Both the position numbers and the translations under genes were made by a program. Below are positions 1-7,664 of a stretch of 13,293 bases of DNA, in pieces. How positions within the stretch are numbered: position 1 is the first letter of the stretch; the number at the start of each line of letters is the position of its first letter. The DNA is taken from assembly GCA_031366795.1 (NCBI GenBank), contig JANLOX010000103.1, forward strand, positions 1 through 13,293. Reading direction: 5' to 3'. The notes beneath the pieces were generated by a model. The model searched no databases, was not told the DNA's origin, and saw nothing but the letters and a program-made list of their open reading frames with translations. The stretch is from Candidatus Eiseniibacteriota bacterium. Lineage in GTDB: Bacteria > Eisenbacteria > RBG-16-71-46.

Positions 1-21
1 GTTCCGACGGAGGTGTGACCC

Positions 22-507
22 ATGTCGAATGAGTCCGGCAGCACTCGCACTACACCTCACGGCCGCGCTCATGGTTCGTGGATGGAACGGCTGTCCACCC
101 GCATGGCACAGTGGACGGGAAGTACGGGGGCGCAAGTTGCCGCGTTCGGACTGATTCTGGGGTGGCTGGTGTGCGGCCCGGTCTTCCACTACTCCGACAC
201 CTGGCAGATGACGATCAACACGGCGACCACCATCGTCACGTTCCTCATGGTGTTCATGATCCAGCGCGCCCAGAACAAGGAGAGCGCCACCTCGGCCCTC
301 AAGTTGAGTGAGATCGTCGCAGCCCTCGACGGCGCCAGCAACCGGTTGATCGACGTGGGCGATCTGTCAGAGGCCGAGATCCGGACCTTGCAGGAGCACT
401 TCCGTCGATTGGTGGAACTGTCGAAGCAGGATGGCGCGCTCACGAAATCGCACTCGGTCGAGGAAGCAGCCGCGCGACACGAACGCAAGCAGTCCAGCGC
501 GGAATGA
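22..507 (+). CDS. Low-affinity iron permease family (Fet4-like) small membrane protein
   Basis: 161 aa; SD GGAGGT at 9-14; family-typical segment W..CGPVFHYSDTWQMTINTATTIVTFLMVFMIQRAQNKES..LKLSEIV.A..GASNRLIDV..LSE.EI; stop overlaps next start (ATGA 504-507). Confidence 0.9.
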   Translation: MSNESGSTRTTPHGRAHGSWMERLSTRMAQWTGSTGAQVAAFGLILGWLVCGPVFHYSDTWQMTINTATTIVTFLMVFMIQRAQNKESATSALKLSEIVAALDGASNRLIDVGDLSEAEIRTLQEHFRRLVELSKQDGALTKSHSVEEAAARHERKQSSAE

Positions 508-2219
508 AGCCACGCGCCAGGGCAGGCCGCAGCGAACGCGCCGCCCTGACACGGCTCGATGTGCTTGTCGTGCTAAGCCCACTCGCGGCGCGAACCGAGG
601 CCACGCAGCCGGCGGCGCTGCTGCGCGAGGCACTGACCGCACGCGGGCTACGCCACCGCATCATCGAGACTGGACCGCACGGCGTCCCGGCCAAGGGCAT
701 CGAACGCGCCATTCAACACGCGATCGATGCGGGGTGTCGCCGCTTCGTGGCGGCGGGTGGCGATGGCACCACCTCAATGGTGGCGGGTCTGCTCAGCCGA
801 TGCAAGCGCCGCGGGTCCCGGCCGACGCTCGCAATCATCCCGACCGGGACTGCCAATGTGCTGGCGCGGGAACTCGGCATTCCGTTGGAGATCCCAGCCG
901 CGGTGGCCCTGGCCCTCGAGGGTCAGCGCACCATCGAGCTCGATGCCATCTCGACGGGTGAGCGGCTCGTGTTCACGCAGGTCGGGCTCGGGCTCGACGC
1001 GCAGATGATCCGCACGACCACCCGCGAAGCCCAAATCAAGCAGGGCCGGATGGCGTACGCGAGGGCGTTCGTCCGTCAGGCGGGCATTCACCGCTCGGTT
1101 GTTTTTCAACTGGAGATCGACGGCACGCGAGTCCAGGTTCGCGCGTTGCAGATCGTGGTCGCCAACGCCGGAGCGCTCGGGGCGCCACCGTTCACCTGGG
1201 GCCCCGGCATCGATCCTACGGACGGCATCATCGACGTGTGCGTGTTCACGGCGAGGACCATGCGCGAACACGTCATGCTCGTGATCGGGTTGCTGACCGG
1301 CGATCATGCGCGCAGTCCCCACACGCAGTATTTCAAGGCGGCGCGGCGCGTGACGATTTCGAGCCGCCGCCCGGTGCTCGTGCAGGGGGATGGAGAACTG
1401 CTGGGCCGCACACCGATCACACTGAACGTGACGCGCCGTGCGGTGCGGGTGTGCGTGCCGAAGAACATCGAAAAGCTCGAAGCCACGATCGGGGCGCCCG
1501 CGGACTTACCCGTTCCGGAGCCGGAAATGCCGGTCGCGGGAGAGGTCGCCCTGGGATCGACTCCCACTTCGGCTCCGCACGCCGCCGAGCCTGCCGAAAC
1601 GATCGCGGAAGACGTCGTCTCCATGGTCGCGCAACACTCCCGCACCTGGGTGCTGCAGGGCTGGGCGCGACACCCGCTCGCGTTTCTCCAGGCGCTGGAC
1701 GCCGCACTATTCCTGCGGATCAACTCGCTCCACTTCGGCGCGGTGTCGGACAGGGCGCTGATCCTGTTGTCCCAGGGGATGCACTACGGCGAGGGGTGGG
1801 CGGTCGTGGCCGTCGTTCTGCTCATCGTCGACTTCAAGACGGGACTCAAGGTGATCGCCGAAGCGCTCCCCGTACTGTGGGCCACGATGCTGACGGTGAA
1901 CTTTCCTCTCAAACGGCTGTTCGGTCGGCGCCGTCCGTTCACGTCATTTGTCAGCGCTCGCGTCCGCGGTCCCCGCCCGCTGGATTCCTCGTTCCCGTCC
2001 GGGCACACCGCCGCGGCATTCGCCGGAGCCTTGCTGTTCGGCGCCCATGAACCGCTGTGGTCGCCGCTGTTCTACGCGCTCGCGACTGCGGTGGGCTTCT
2101 CGCGCATCTATCTTGGCGTCCACTACCCGGGCGACGTGCTCATCGGGGCGGCCGCAGGGACCTTCCTCGCCGGCGGTTACCTCGCGCTGGTCCGGCTGGC
2201 GTTTGCCATGTGGCACTGA
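504..2219 (+). CDS. Fusion of N-terminal soluble diacylglycerol-kinase-family (YegS/DgkB-like) lipid kinase and C-terminal PAP2 membrane phosphatase
   Basis: Kinase motifs AAGGDGT, IIPTGTANVLARELGI, GLGLDA, QGDGE; Pro/Ala/Glu-rich linker; PAP2 motifs C1 KRLFGRRRP (KX6RP), C2 SFPSGH, C3 SRIYLGVHYPGD (SRX5HX3D) among hydrophobic helices. Confidence 0.9.
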   Translation: MKPRARAGRSERAALTRLDVLVVLSPLAARTEATQPAALLREALTARGLRHRIIETGPHGVPAKGIERAIQHAIDAGCRRFVAAGGDGTTSMVAGLLSRCKRRGSRPTLAIIPTGTANVLARELGIPLEIPAAVALALEGQRTIELDAISTGERLVFTQVGLGLDAQMIRTTTREAQIKQGRMAYARAFVRQAGIHRSVVFQLEIDGTRVQVRALQIVVANAGALGAPPFTWGPGIDPTDGIIDVCVFTARTMREHVMLVIGLLTGDHARSPHTQYFKAARRVTISSRRPVLVQGDGELLGRTPITLNVTRRAVRVCVPKNIEKLEATIGAPADLPVPEPEMPVAGEVALGSTPTSAPHAAEPAETIAEDVVSMVAQHSRTWVLQGWARHPLAFLQALDAALFLRINSLHFGAVSDRALILLSQGMHYGEGWAVVAVVLLIVDFKTGLKVIAEALPVLWATMLTVNFPLKRLFGRRRPFTSFVSARVRGPRPLDSSFPSGHTAAAFAGALLFGAHEPLWSPLFYALATAVGFSRIYLGVHYPGDVLIGAAAGTFLAGGYLALVRLAFAMWH

Positions 2220-2232
2220 AACGGAGCCCAGC

Positions 2233-2251
2233 CTGCCATTCGGAGTGGCAG
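2233..2251. terminator. Hairpin between convergent genes, possible terminator
   Basis: CTGCCATT-CGG-AGTGGCAG (8-bp stem, one G-U) 13 nt after the kinase-PAP2 stop; no U-tract. Confidence 0.4.
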
Positions 2252-2352
2252 ACAAGGCCCCGTGTTTGCGGAAGGGACGGGAGCGATGAGTTAGCGAGAT
2301 GAAAGACGGAATCGCTGCCCCCTGGCCCGTCCATGCGGCTACTAAACCAGGT

Positions 2353-2367
2353 GGTTGAGGATCAACC
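2353..2367 (-). terminator. Short hairpin immediately after the YtxH-like stop
   Basis: GGTTGA-GGA-TCAACC perfect 6-bp inverted repeat 4 nt downstream of the stop at 2372; no clear U-tract. Confidence 0.3.
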
Positions 2368-2371
2368 CGAA

Positions 2372-2698
2372 CTAGCCCCGACGGACGGTGGCGAGCGCTT
2401 CGCTGGCCGTGTCCTTCAGCGCATCGCGTCCATCCTTCACGGCTTCACGACCCTCTTTCATCGCATTGCCGATGTCGCGCGAACCATCGCGAACGACCTG
2501 GCCGACGGCATCCATGCGTTCGCGCGCGCTGTCGCCGAGTTCCCGCGCCTTGCCGCTCAGGTCCTCCGCCTTGCTGCGCAGCCGCTGACGCGTCTCGGTG
2601 CCGGATGCCGGCGCCATCAATAGGGCGAGACCGGCGCCGACGACGGCGCCTGCGACGAATCCAGCGAATACTCCGATGCCATTATTGTTCTCGGACAT
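2372..2698 (-). CDS. YtxH domain-containing protein (general-stress/LEA-like membrane-anchored helical protein)
   Basis: Start moved to ATG 2698 because SD AAGGAG lies at 2710-2705; 108 aa; FAGFVAGAVVGAGLALLMAPASGTETRQRL is the YtxH signature, followed by amphipathic charged helical repeats. Confidence 0.9.
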   Translation of the reverse strand: MSENNNGIGVFAGFVAGAVVGAGLALLMAPASGTETRQRLRSKAEDLSGKARELGDSARERMDAVGQVVRDGSRDIGNAMKEGREAVKDGRDALKDTASEALATVRRG

Positions 2699-3110
2699 GA
2701 TTTGCTCCTTCGGGTGAAAAGCCAACGGGTTGACGGGAGTGGGTCCAGCGCCGGGCCAGGCTTCCGATCCCAGCCCTGAGCGCTCGCATGACGACGACGG
2801 CCTTGAATACGGGCTCTTCGACTTCTTCCAGCACGATCGCGCCGAGCACCGTCGCGCGATTCACGACTTGTGCGACTCGTGTCGCACCACCGCGGACCGT
2901 CAGGGCAATCTGTTCAAGCGTCGTCATGAGTTCGCGTACTTTGCGTGAGGTCTCACGCGACTCCTCGAGAATTTCCTGCAGGTAGCTGTAGCTGGCCTCG
3001 AGACGCTTCGCCGTGGCCTTGAACTGCAACATGATCCGGATGGCCACAAAAGCCATGGCCACCACGGCGATTGTTACAATCACGATGCACATTTGAACGA
3101 TGAGGCTCAT
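2682..3110 (-). CDS. YtxG/DUF948-like protein: N-terminal membrane anchor plus coiled coil
   Basis: Start moved to ATG 3110 (SD GGGAGAG just upstream); 142 aa MSLIVQMCIVIVTIAVVAMAFVAIRIML then a heptad-like helix; overlaps the YtxH-like start by 17 nt, same order as Bacillus ytxG-ytxH. Confidence 0.7.
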   Translation of the reverse strand: MSLIVQMCIVIVTIAVVAMAFVAIRIMLQFKATAKRLEASYSYLQEILEESRETSRKVRELMTTLEQIALTVRGGATRVAQVVNRATVLGAIVLEEVEEPVFKAVVVMRALRAGIGSLARRWTHSRQPVGFSPEGANHVREQ

Positions 3111-3189
3111 CGAGCTCTCCCTTCGCGTCGCGCTGGCAACGACTTGCGCGGCGGGGTGGATGATCTTGCGTTCGGCATCCGGCTCATCC

Positions 3190-3204
3190 GCAACATGCGC
3201 GCCA
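3190..3204 (-). promoter_or_regulatory. Sigma-54 (-24/-12) promoter for the ytxG/ytxH-like pair
   Basis: Minus strand TGGCGC-GCATG-TTGC versus consensus TGGCAC-N5-TTGC; exact GG-N10-GC spacing; intergenic, about 80 nt upstream of ATG 3110. Confidence 0.7.
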
Positions 3205-3273
3205 CCACATGTGATGGCGCAGGATGGGGGCTTCCGCAGGCGGAATGCGGTATGCCGCGCGCGCAATGCTGGA

Positions 3274-6042
3274 CTAGCGCGGAGTGCGTGCGCCCACGCG
3301 GCCGGCAAGACTCACGGCGGGCTCCGTCTGTCGCGCCGGGGCTTGATGCCGCGCTCGGCCGAGTTCCTCGATGCACTTGACCGCGAGCGCGGTCCAGCCG
3401 GTCTGGTGGTTGGCACCCACGCCGCGGCCGGTGTCGCCGTGGAAGTACTCGTAGAACAGCACGAGGTCGCGCCAGTTTGGATCATCCGCGTAGCGCGCGT
3501 CCTCGCCATGGGCCGGCCTGCGCCCGTGCCCGTCGCGCAGGAACAACCGCGCGAGCCGGGTCGACAGTTCGCGCGCCACCTCGGCGAGCGTCAGCATCTG
3601 TCCCGAACCGACGGGGCACTCGACCTTGAAGTCACTGCCGTAGAAGTGGTGGTACCGCTCGAGGGCTTCGATCAGCAGGTAGTTGACCGGGAACCAGACA
3701 GGGCCGCGCCAGTTCGAATTGCCCCCGAACATGCTGGTCTTCGACTCGCCCGGCACATAGCCGACGCTGAAGGTCTGACCATTGGCCTCGAGCGAGAAGG
3801 GATGTTGCTCGTGGACCTTCGATAGCGAGCGGATCCCGAAGGGCGACAGGAATTCCTGCTCGTCCAGCACATAGCGCAGCACCCGCACGATGCGCTCTCG
3901 TGAGGGGATGGCCAGCAGCCGGTGGCCGCTGCGGCCCTCATCGTGCGCGGAGCGCGGCTCGCGCTTGCACATCCATGAGATGTACTGCGCGAGATCCGGG
4001 CGGTTGGCGATGAACCAGTTCAGCCGTTTGGCGAAGCCGGGCAGCTTGTCGATCACGTCGTCTTCGAGGATCTCGCAGGCGAACATCGGAATAATGCCGA
4101 CCATCGAGCGTACGCGCAGCGGCGTGTGAACGCCGTCCACGTGCAGCTGGTCGTAGTAGAAGCCATCCCGCTCGTCCCACAGCCCATCACCGCCCAACGA
4201 GTTCATGGCGTCGGTGATCGCCACGAAGTGCTCGAAGAACTTGGAGGCGATGTCCTCGTACGCGGGGTCCTCGCTGGCCAGTTCGAGCGCCATCGACAGC
4301 ATCGTGGCGCAGTAGAAGGCCATCCACGCGGTGCCGTCAGCCTGCTCCAAGTGCCCTCCCGTAGGCAGTGGCTGGGAGCGGTCGAACACGCCGATGTTGT
4401 CGAGCCCGAGGAAGCCGCCCGAGAACAGGTGGTGGCCATCGATGTCCTTGCGGTTCACCCACCACGTAAAGTTGATCACCAGCTTCTGGAAGCAGCGCTC
4501 GAGGAACAGGCGGTCGCGCTTGCCGCGTGGACCGCTCTTCTTGTACACGCGCCAGCAGGCCCACGCATGCACGGGCGGATTGACGTCGCCGAGAGCGAAT
4601 TCGTACGCCGGCAGTTTCCCGCTCGGATGCATGTACCATTCGCGCAGAAACAGCAGCAGTTGCTCCTTGGCGAACGCCGGATCGATATCGGCGAAGGGAA
4701 TCATGTGGAACGCCAGGTCCCACGCGGCGTACCACGGGTACTCCCACGTGTCGGGCATGGAGATGACATCGCGGTTGTGCAGGTGTCCCCAGTCCGAATT
4801 GCGGCCGGTCTTGCGGCTCGCCGGCGGCGGGGGATGGCTGGGATCGCCTTCGAGCCACTGGCGCACGACGTAGTAGTAGAACTGCTTCGACCACAACAAC
4901 CCGGCGTAACCCTGGCGTGCCACCTGTCGCTCATCGGGCGTCAGCTCCGGCGACAACAGGACAGCATAGAACGCGTCAGTCTCGCGCTCGCGGAGCGCAA
5001 ATGCCGCATCGAAGCTCCCGGCGAGGGGATCGGCCGTGACCTCACGCTCGCTCGAAAGCCGCAGCTTCAACACGACCTTACCGCGGGCCGGCACGTCGAG
5101 GGCGTAGTAGGCGGCCGCCTTGGTGCCGGTGCCATCGGGATTGACGGCCGCGGTCCGGCCATGCACGACGTAGTCGTGAAACGCGTCCTTCACGTAGGGC
5201 GTCTCGTTCGGGGCTTCGAACAGCCGTTTGGAGTTCGTGTCGTTCTCGGTGAACAACCACTGCGGAAGCTTGCCGTCGGGACCCGGGCCCGCGCTCAGCC
5301 GGAAGGCACCGAGCGTTTCGTGTTCCGCCGTCACGGCAGCGTCACCGGCACGACGCAGGGCCGGCCGAGTGGTGTAGCCCTCACCGCTGCGGCCCCAGCT
5401 CCAGGTGTTGCGGAACCACAGCGAGGGCAGCAGTTGGAGCCCTGCCACCTCGGGGCTGCGATTCTCCACCGTGATGCGCACCAGCACGTCGTCGGGCGAG
5501 GCCTTGGCGTACTCGACAGTGATGTCGAAGTAGCGATCGTCCGCGAAGATGCCCGTGTCCTCGAGCTCGAACTCCGGATCGGCTGCCCCGCGCGCCCGGG
5601 CTTCGGCAAGCAGGCGCGCGTAGGGGTACTCGGCCTGCGGGTACTTGTAGAGCGCCTTCATGTACGAGTGGGTGGGCGAGGAGTCGAGGAAGTAGTAGCA
5701 CTCCTTCACGTCCTCGCCGTGATTGCCTTCCGAGCCGGTCAGCCCGAACAGCCGCTCCTTAAGGATCGGGTCGTGGCCGTTCCACAGCGCGAGACCGAAG
5801 CACAGCCGCCCCTCGCGATCGCTGATGCCAAGCAGGCCGTCCTCACCCCAGCGGTAGGCGCGGCTGCGTGCATGCTCATGCGGGAAATATTCCCAACAGG
5901 TGCCCTCCGCCGAGTAATCCTCGCGAACGGTGCCCCACTGGCGCTCGGAGAGATAGGGGCCCCAGCGCTTCCAGTTCTTCGCGCGAGTGGCGTCCTCGGC
6001 GAGCCTCTGCGATTCGGCACCGGTATCCGGTGTGGGCAGCAT
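3274..6042 (-). CDS. GH63-family (MGH1-like) glycoside hydrolase / glucosidase
   Basis: 922 aa; WKRWGPYLSERQWGTVREDYS, SMPDTWEYPWYAAWDLAFH, FLGLDNIGVFDRS, GGNSNWRGPVWFPVNYL, FYEYFHGDTGRGVGANHQTGWT; no signal peptide. Confidence 0.92.
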   Translation of the reverse strand: MLPTPDTGAESQRLAEDATRAKNWKRWGPYLSERQWGTVREDYSAEGTCWEYFPHEHARSRAYRWGEDGLLGISDREGRLCFGLALWNGHDPILKERLFGLTGSEGNHGEDVKECYYFLDSSPTHSYMKALYKYPQAEYPYARLLAEARARGAADPEFELEDTGIFADDRYFDITVEYAKASPDDVLVRITVENRSPEVAGLQLLPSLWFRNTWSWGRSGEGYTTRPALRRAGDAAVTAEHETLGAFRLSAGPGPDGKLPQWLFTENDTNSKRLFEAPNETPYVKDAFHDYVVHGRTAAVNPDGTGTKAAAYYALDVPARGKVVLKLRLSSEREVTADPLAGSFDAAFALRERETDAFYAVLLSPELTPDERQVARQGYAGLLWSKQFYYYVVRQWLEGDPSHPPPPASRKTGRNSDWGHLHNRDVISMPDTWEYPWYAAWDLAFHMIPFADIDPAFAKEQLLLFLREWYMHPSGKLPAYEFALGDVNPPVHAWACWRVYKKSGPRGKRDRLFLERCFQKLVINFTWWVNRKDIDGHHLFSGGFLGLDNIGVFDRSQPLPTGGHLEQADGTAWMAFYCATMLSMALELASEDPAYEDIASKFFEHFVAITDAMNSLGGDGLWDERDGFYYDQLHVDGVHTPLRVRSMVGIIPMFACEILEDDVIDKLPGFAKRLNWFIANRPDLAQYISWMCKREPRSAHDEGRSGHRLLAIPSRERIVRVLRYVLDEQEFLSPFGIRSLSKVHEQHPFSLEANGQTFSVGYVPGESKTSMFGGNSNWRGPVWFPVNYLLIEALERYHHFYGSDFKVECPVGSGQMLTLAEVARELSTRLARLFLRDGHGRRPAHGEDARYADDPNWRDLVLFYEYFHGDTGRGVGANHQTGWTALAVKCIEELGRARHQAPARQTEPAVSLAGRVGARTPR

Positions 6043-6048
6043 GGGCGG

Positions 6049-6054
6049 ATCCTA
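6049..6054 (-). promoter_or_regulatory. Putative -10 element (TAGGAT) for leaderless transcription of the GH63 gene
   Basis: TAGGAT lies 6 nt before ATG 6042; the embedded AGGA could instead be a weak SD. Confidence 0.4.
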
Positions 6055-7317
6055 GCGCACTCGCAATGCGAATACCCGGGGGCCCTTCGTCCGCCGGGAA
6101 GCCGGCCTCACCATAGGCGCGTAACCCGCGACGAACGCGCCCTGCGCGACCTCGCGAACGAGCCGCCCCGTCGCGTCGATCACCGAGACGCGCGCCGGGC
6201 ACGCCCAGCGTGCCGCTCAGCCGCATGCTGCCTGCAATCGACCTCAGCTGCGGAAAGCCGATCGTCGTCAACTCGAGCGAGGTGATGTCGTCGGCGATCG
6301 CGATGGAGCCACCCGGCAACGGATCCGCGGGTTCGAGGTCGATCGGGTCGGCGACGTAGGTCGCGCCGCCCAGGGTGACCGGCCAGCCGGGACAGGGGTG
6401 AGTGATGCAGATGATGCGCAGTGATGCCGGGCCGCCGGTGCCCGTGGAACCCGCCGCAAACTCGGACGTGAGCGCCGGCTTTCATGCTGGCGCTCGACTG
6501 CTTGAACACTTTGAGCGGGTAGCCGGGATTCTTGAGCAGCCGTTGCACCACCGCACCCGCAGCGTCGAGCAGCTCGACCCACAGCTGCGGCGCGTGGACG
6601 GCCGAGAAGTCCGGCGTGAGCGTCTCGCTGTTGTCGGCGTTGGTCAGCATATTGAGCCGGGCGATGGGCGCGTTGGTAGTGCCGCCACCCAAGGTGCCGC
6701 GCAAGGCGTGCGTGTGTGAGCTGCCGGCGACGCCAAAGTCGGCATCGTAGTCGTCCTACGTCAGCATGTAACCGCTCGAACCATGAGGAATGTCCCCGCC
6801 GGGCGCTCGACCTGGGGCGTGAAGACGAGCGCAAAGTAGTTGGGCACCGTCCCCACGGGTCCGATCGAGCAGAAGGCGCCGATGCGGTCGGTGGCGTAAT
6901 CGCTGGTGTTCGAGAACGAGACGTAGAACTTCACGTTGGATGTGGAGCCGGCCTGCAATGGTGACGTGAGTGGCACCTGCATGTACTCGCGATCGTTCGG
7001 CGTCGAAGTGCTCTGCACCAGGATGCCGGCGTAGCCCGATCCAGTGAGCGCCGGCTGGTAGCCGGGCCCGTTGTAGGGAACGCTGCAGTAGATCGGCGGC
7101 AGGGTCCCACGGCGCAGGTGTTGTAGTAGTCGGCGCTGCCAGTGGTGGGGGCGTCCCATGGGGTCGCGATGTACAGGTTGCTCAGGTTCGAGGGGCAGTT
7201 CGTGTAGGTCTCGAAGCTCGGATTCGAGACCAGGTTCACGGCGCGGGAAGCCGCGGGCGCAAGGAGCGCCGTGCAGAACAGCAGCGCGTGGACAAGGCGG
7301 GGGTAACGAAGGGCCAT
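6052..7317 (-). pseudogene. Degraded secreted multidomain protein (signal peptide, NLVxNPSFE beta-sandwich domain, middle domain, remnant FlgD/T9SS-like C-terminal domain)
   Basis: Protein-like sequence continues across frames: MALRYPR..ASRA|VNLVSNPSFETYTNCP..ADYYNTCAVG; frameshift ~7107; TLPPIYCSVP..REYMQVPLTSPLQAG..PAGTFL; frame change ~6780 and in-frame TAG 6758-6756; DDYDADFG..SASMK; frameshift ~6481; PALTSEF..SGTLGVP; frame change ~6197; ARVSVIDATGRLVREVAQGAFVAG; TAG 6054-6052. Confidence 0.8.
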
Positions 7318-7429
7318 GGGGCGGCTCTAAGCGCTGGGTTCGGGGCAGCGAATCGCATGCTCAAGGATATTACACGCGAGCCAACCTTCGGCGGGCCATT
7401 TGCCGGGACATTCAGGGACACCCGGGACG

Positions 7430-7660
7430 TCAGCCGAGCCGCGTGAGCCTGACGATGACGCCCATGGTGAAGCGCGCCTCGACGCGCTCCCCGGCGGCGA
7501 GCCCCGCCGGACACTCGGAGGCGGAAATGCGCGCATCGAATGCCTGCCCCGGCGCCTCATCGAGCTGCAGCCGCACATCGACATAGCGGTCGCCATGAAT
7601 GTCGAGCGGGCGCACTGCCACGACAGCCCCGGACTTGTTTTGCGGGAGCAGGAAGTTCAT
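7430..7660 (-). CDS. Small hypothetical protein, possibly OB-fold-like beta barrel
   Basis: 76 aa starting 4 nt after the ABC permease stop on the same strand; alternating beta-strand pattern (GAVVAVRP, YVDVRLQL, GERVEARF, VIVRLTR); GC-rich third codon positions. Confidence 0.7.
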   Translation of the reverse strand: MNFLLPQNKSGAVVAVRPLDIHGDRYVDVRLQLDEAPGQAFDARISASECPAGLAAGERVEARFTMGVIVRLTRLG

Positions 7661-7664
7661 GCGT

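Noticed and set aside
3111..3308. 66-aa N-terminal extension of ORF 2682..3308
   Set aside because: Overlaps the GH63 end and the sigma-54 site; a better SD and membrane-anchor start exist at 3110.
4126..6285. 719-aa plus-strand ORF
   Set aside because: Antisense shadow of the GH63 gene; no motifs; long stop-free antisense frames are expected with high GC3.
5876..6319. 147-aa minus ORF as an independent gene (likewise 6180..6704, 6761..7159, 6931..7317)
   Set aside because: Each is protein-like only in part and they join into one disrupted gene.
6756..6758. In-frame TAG as recoding (pyrrolysine or alternative code), or programmed frameshifting in this gene
   Set aside because: TAG terminates intact genes here (YtxH-like, GH63, ATPase, AKR), and the several independent lesions without slippery heptamers fit decay better.
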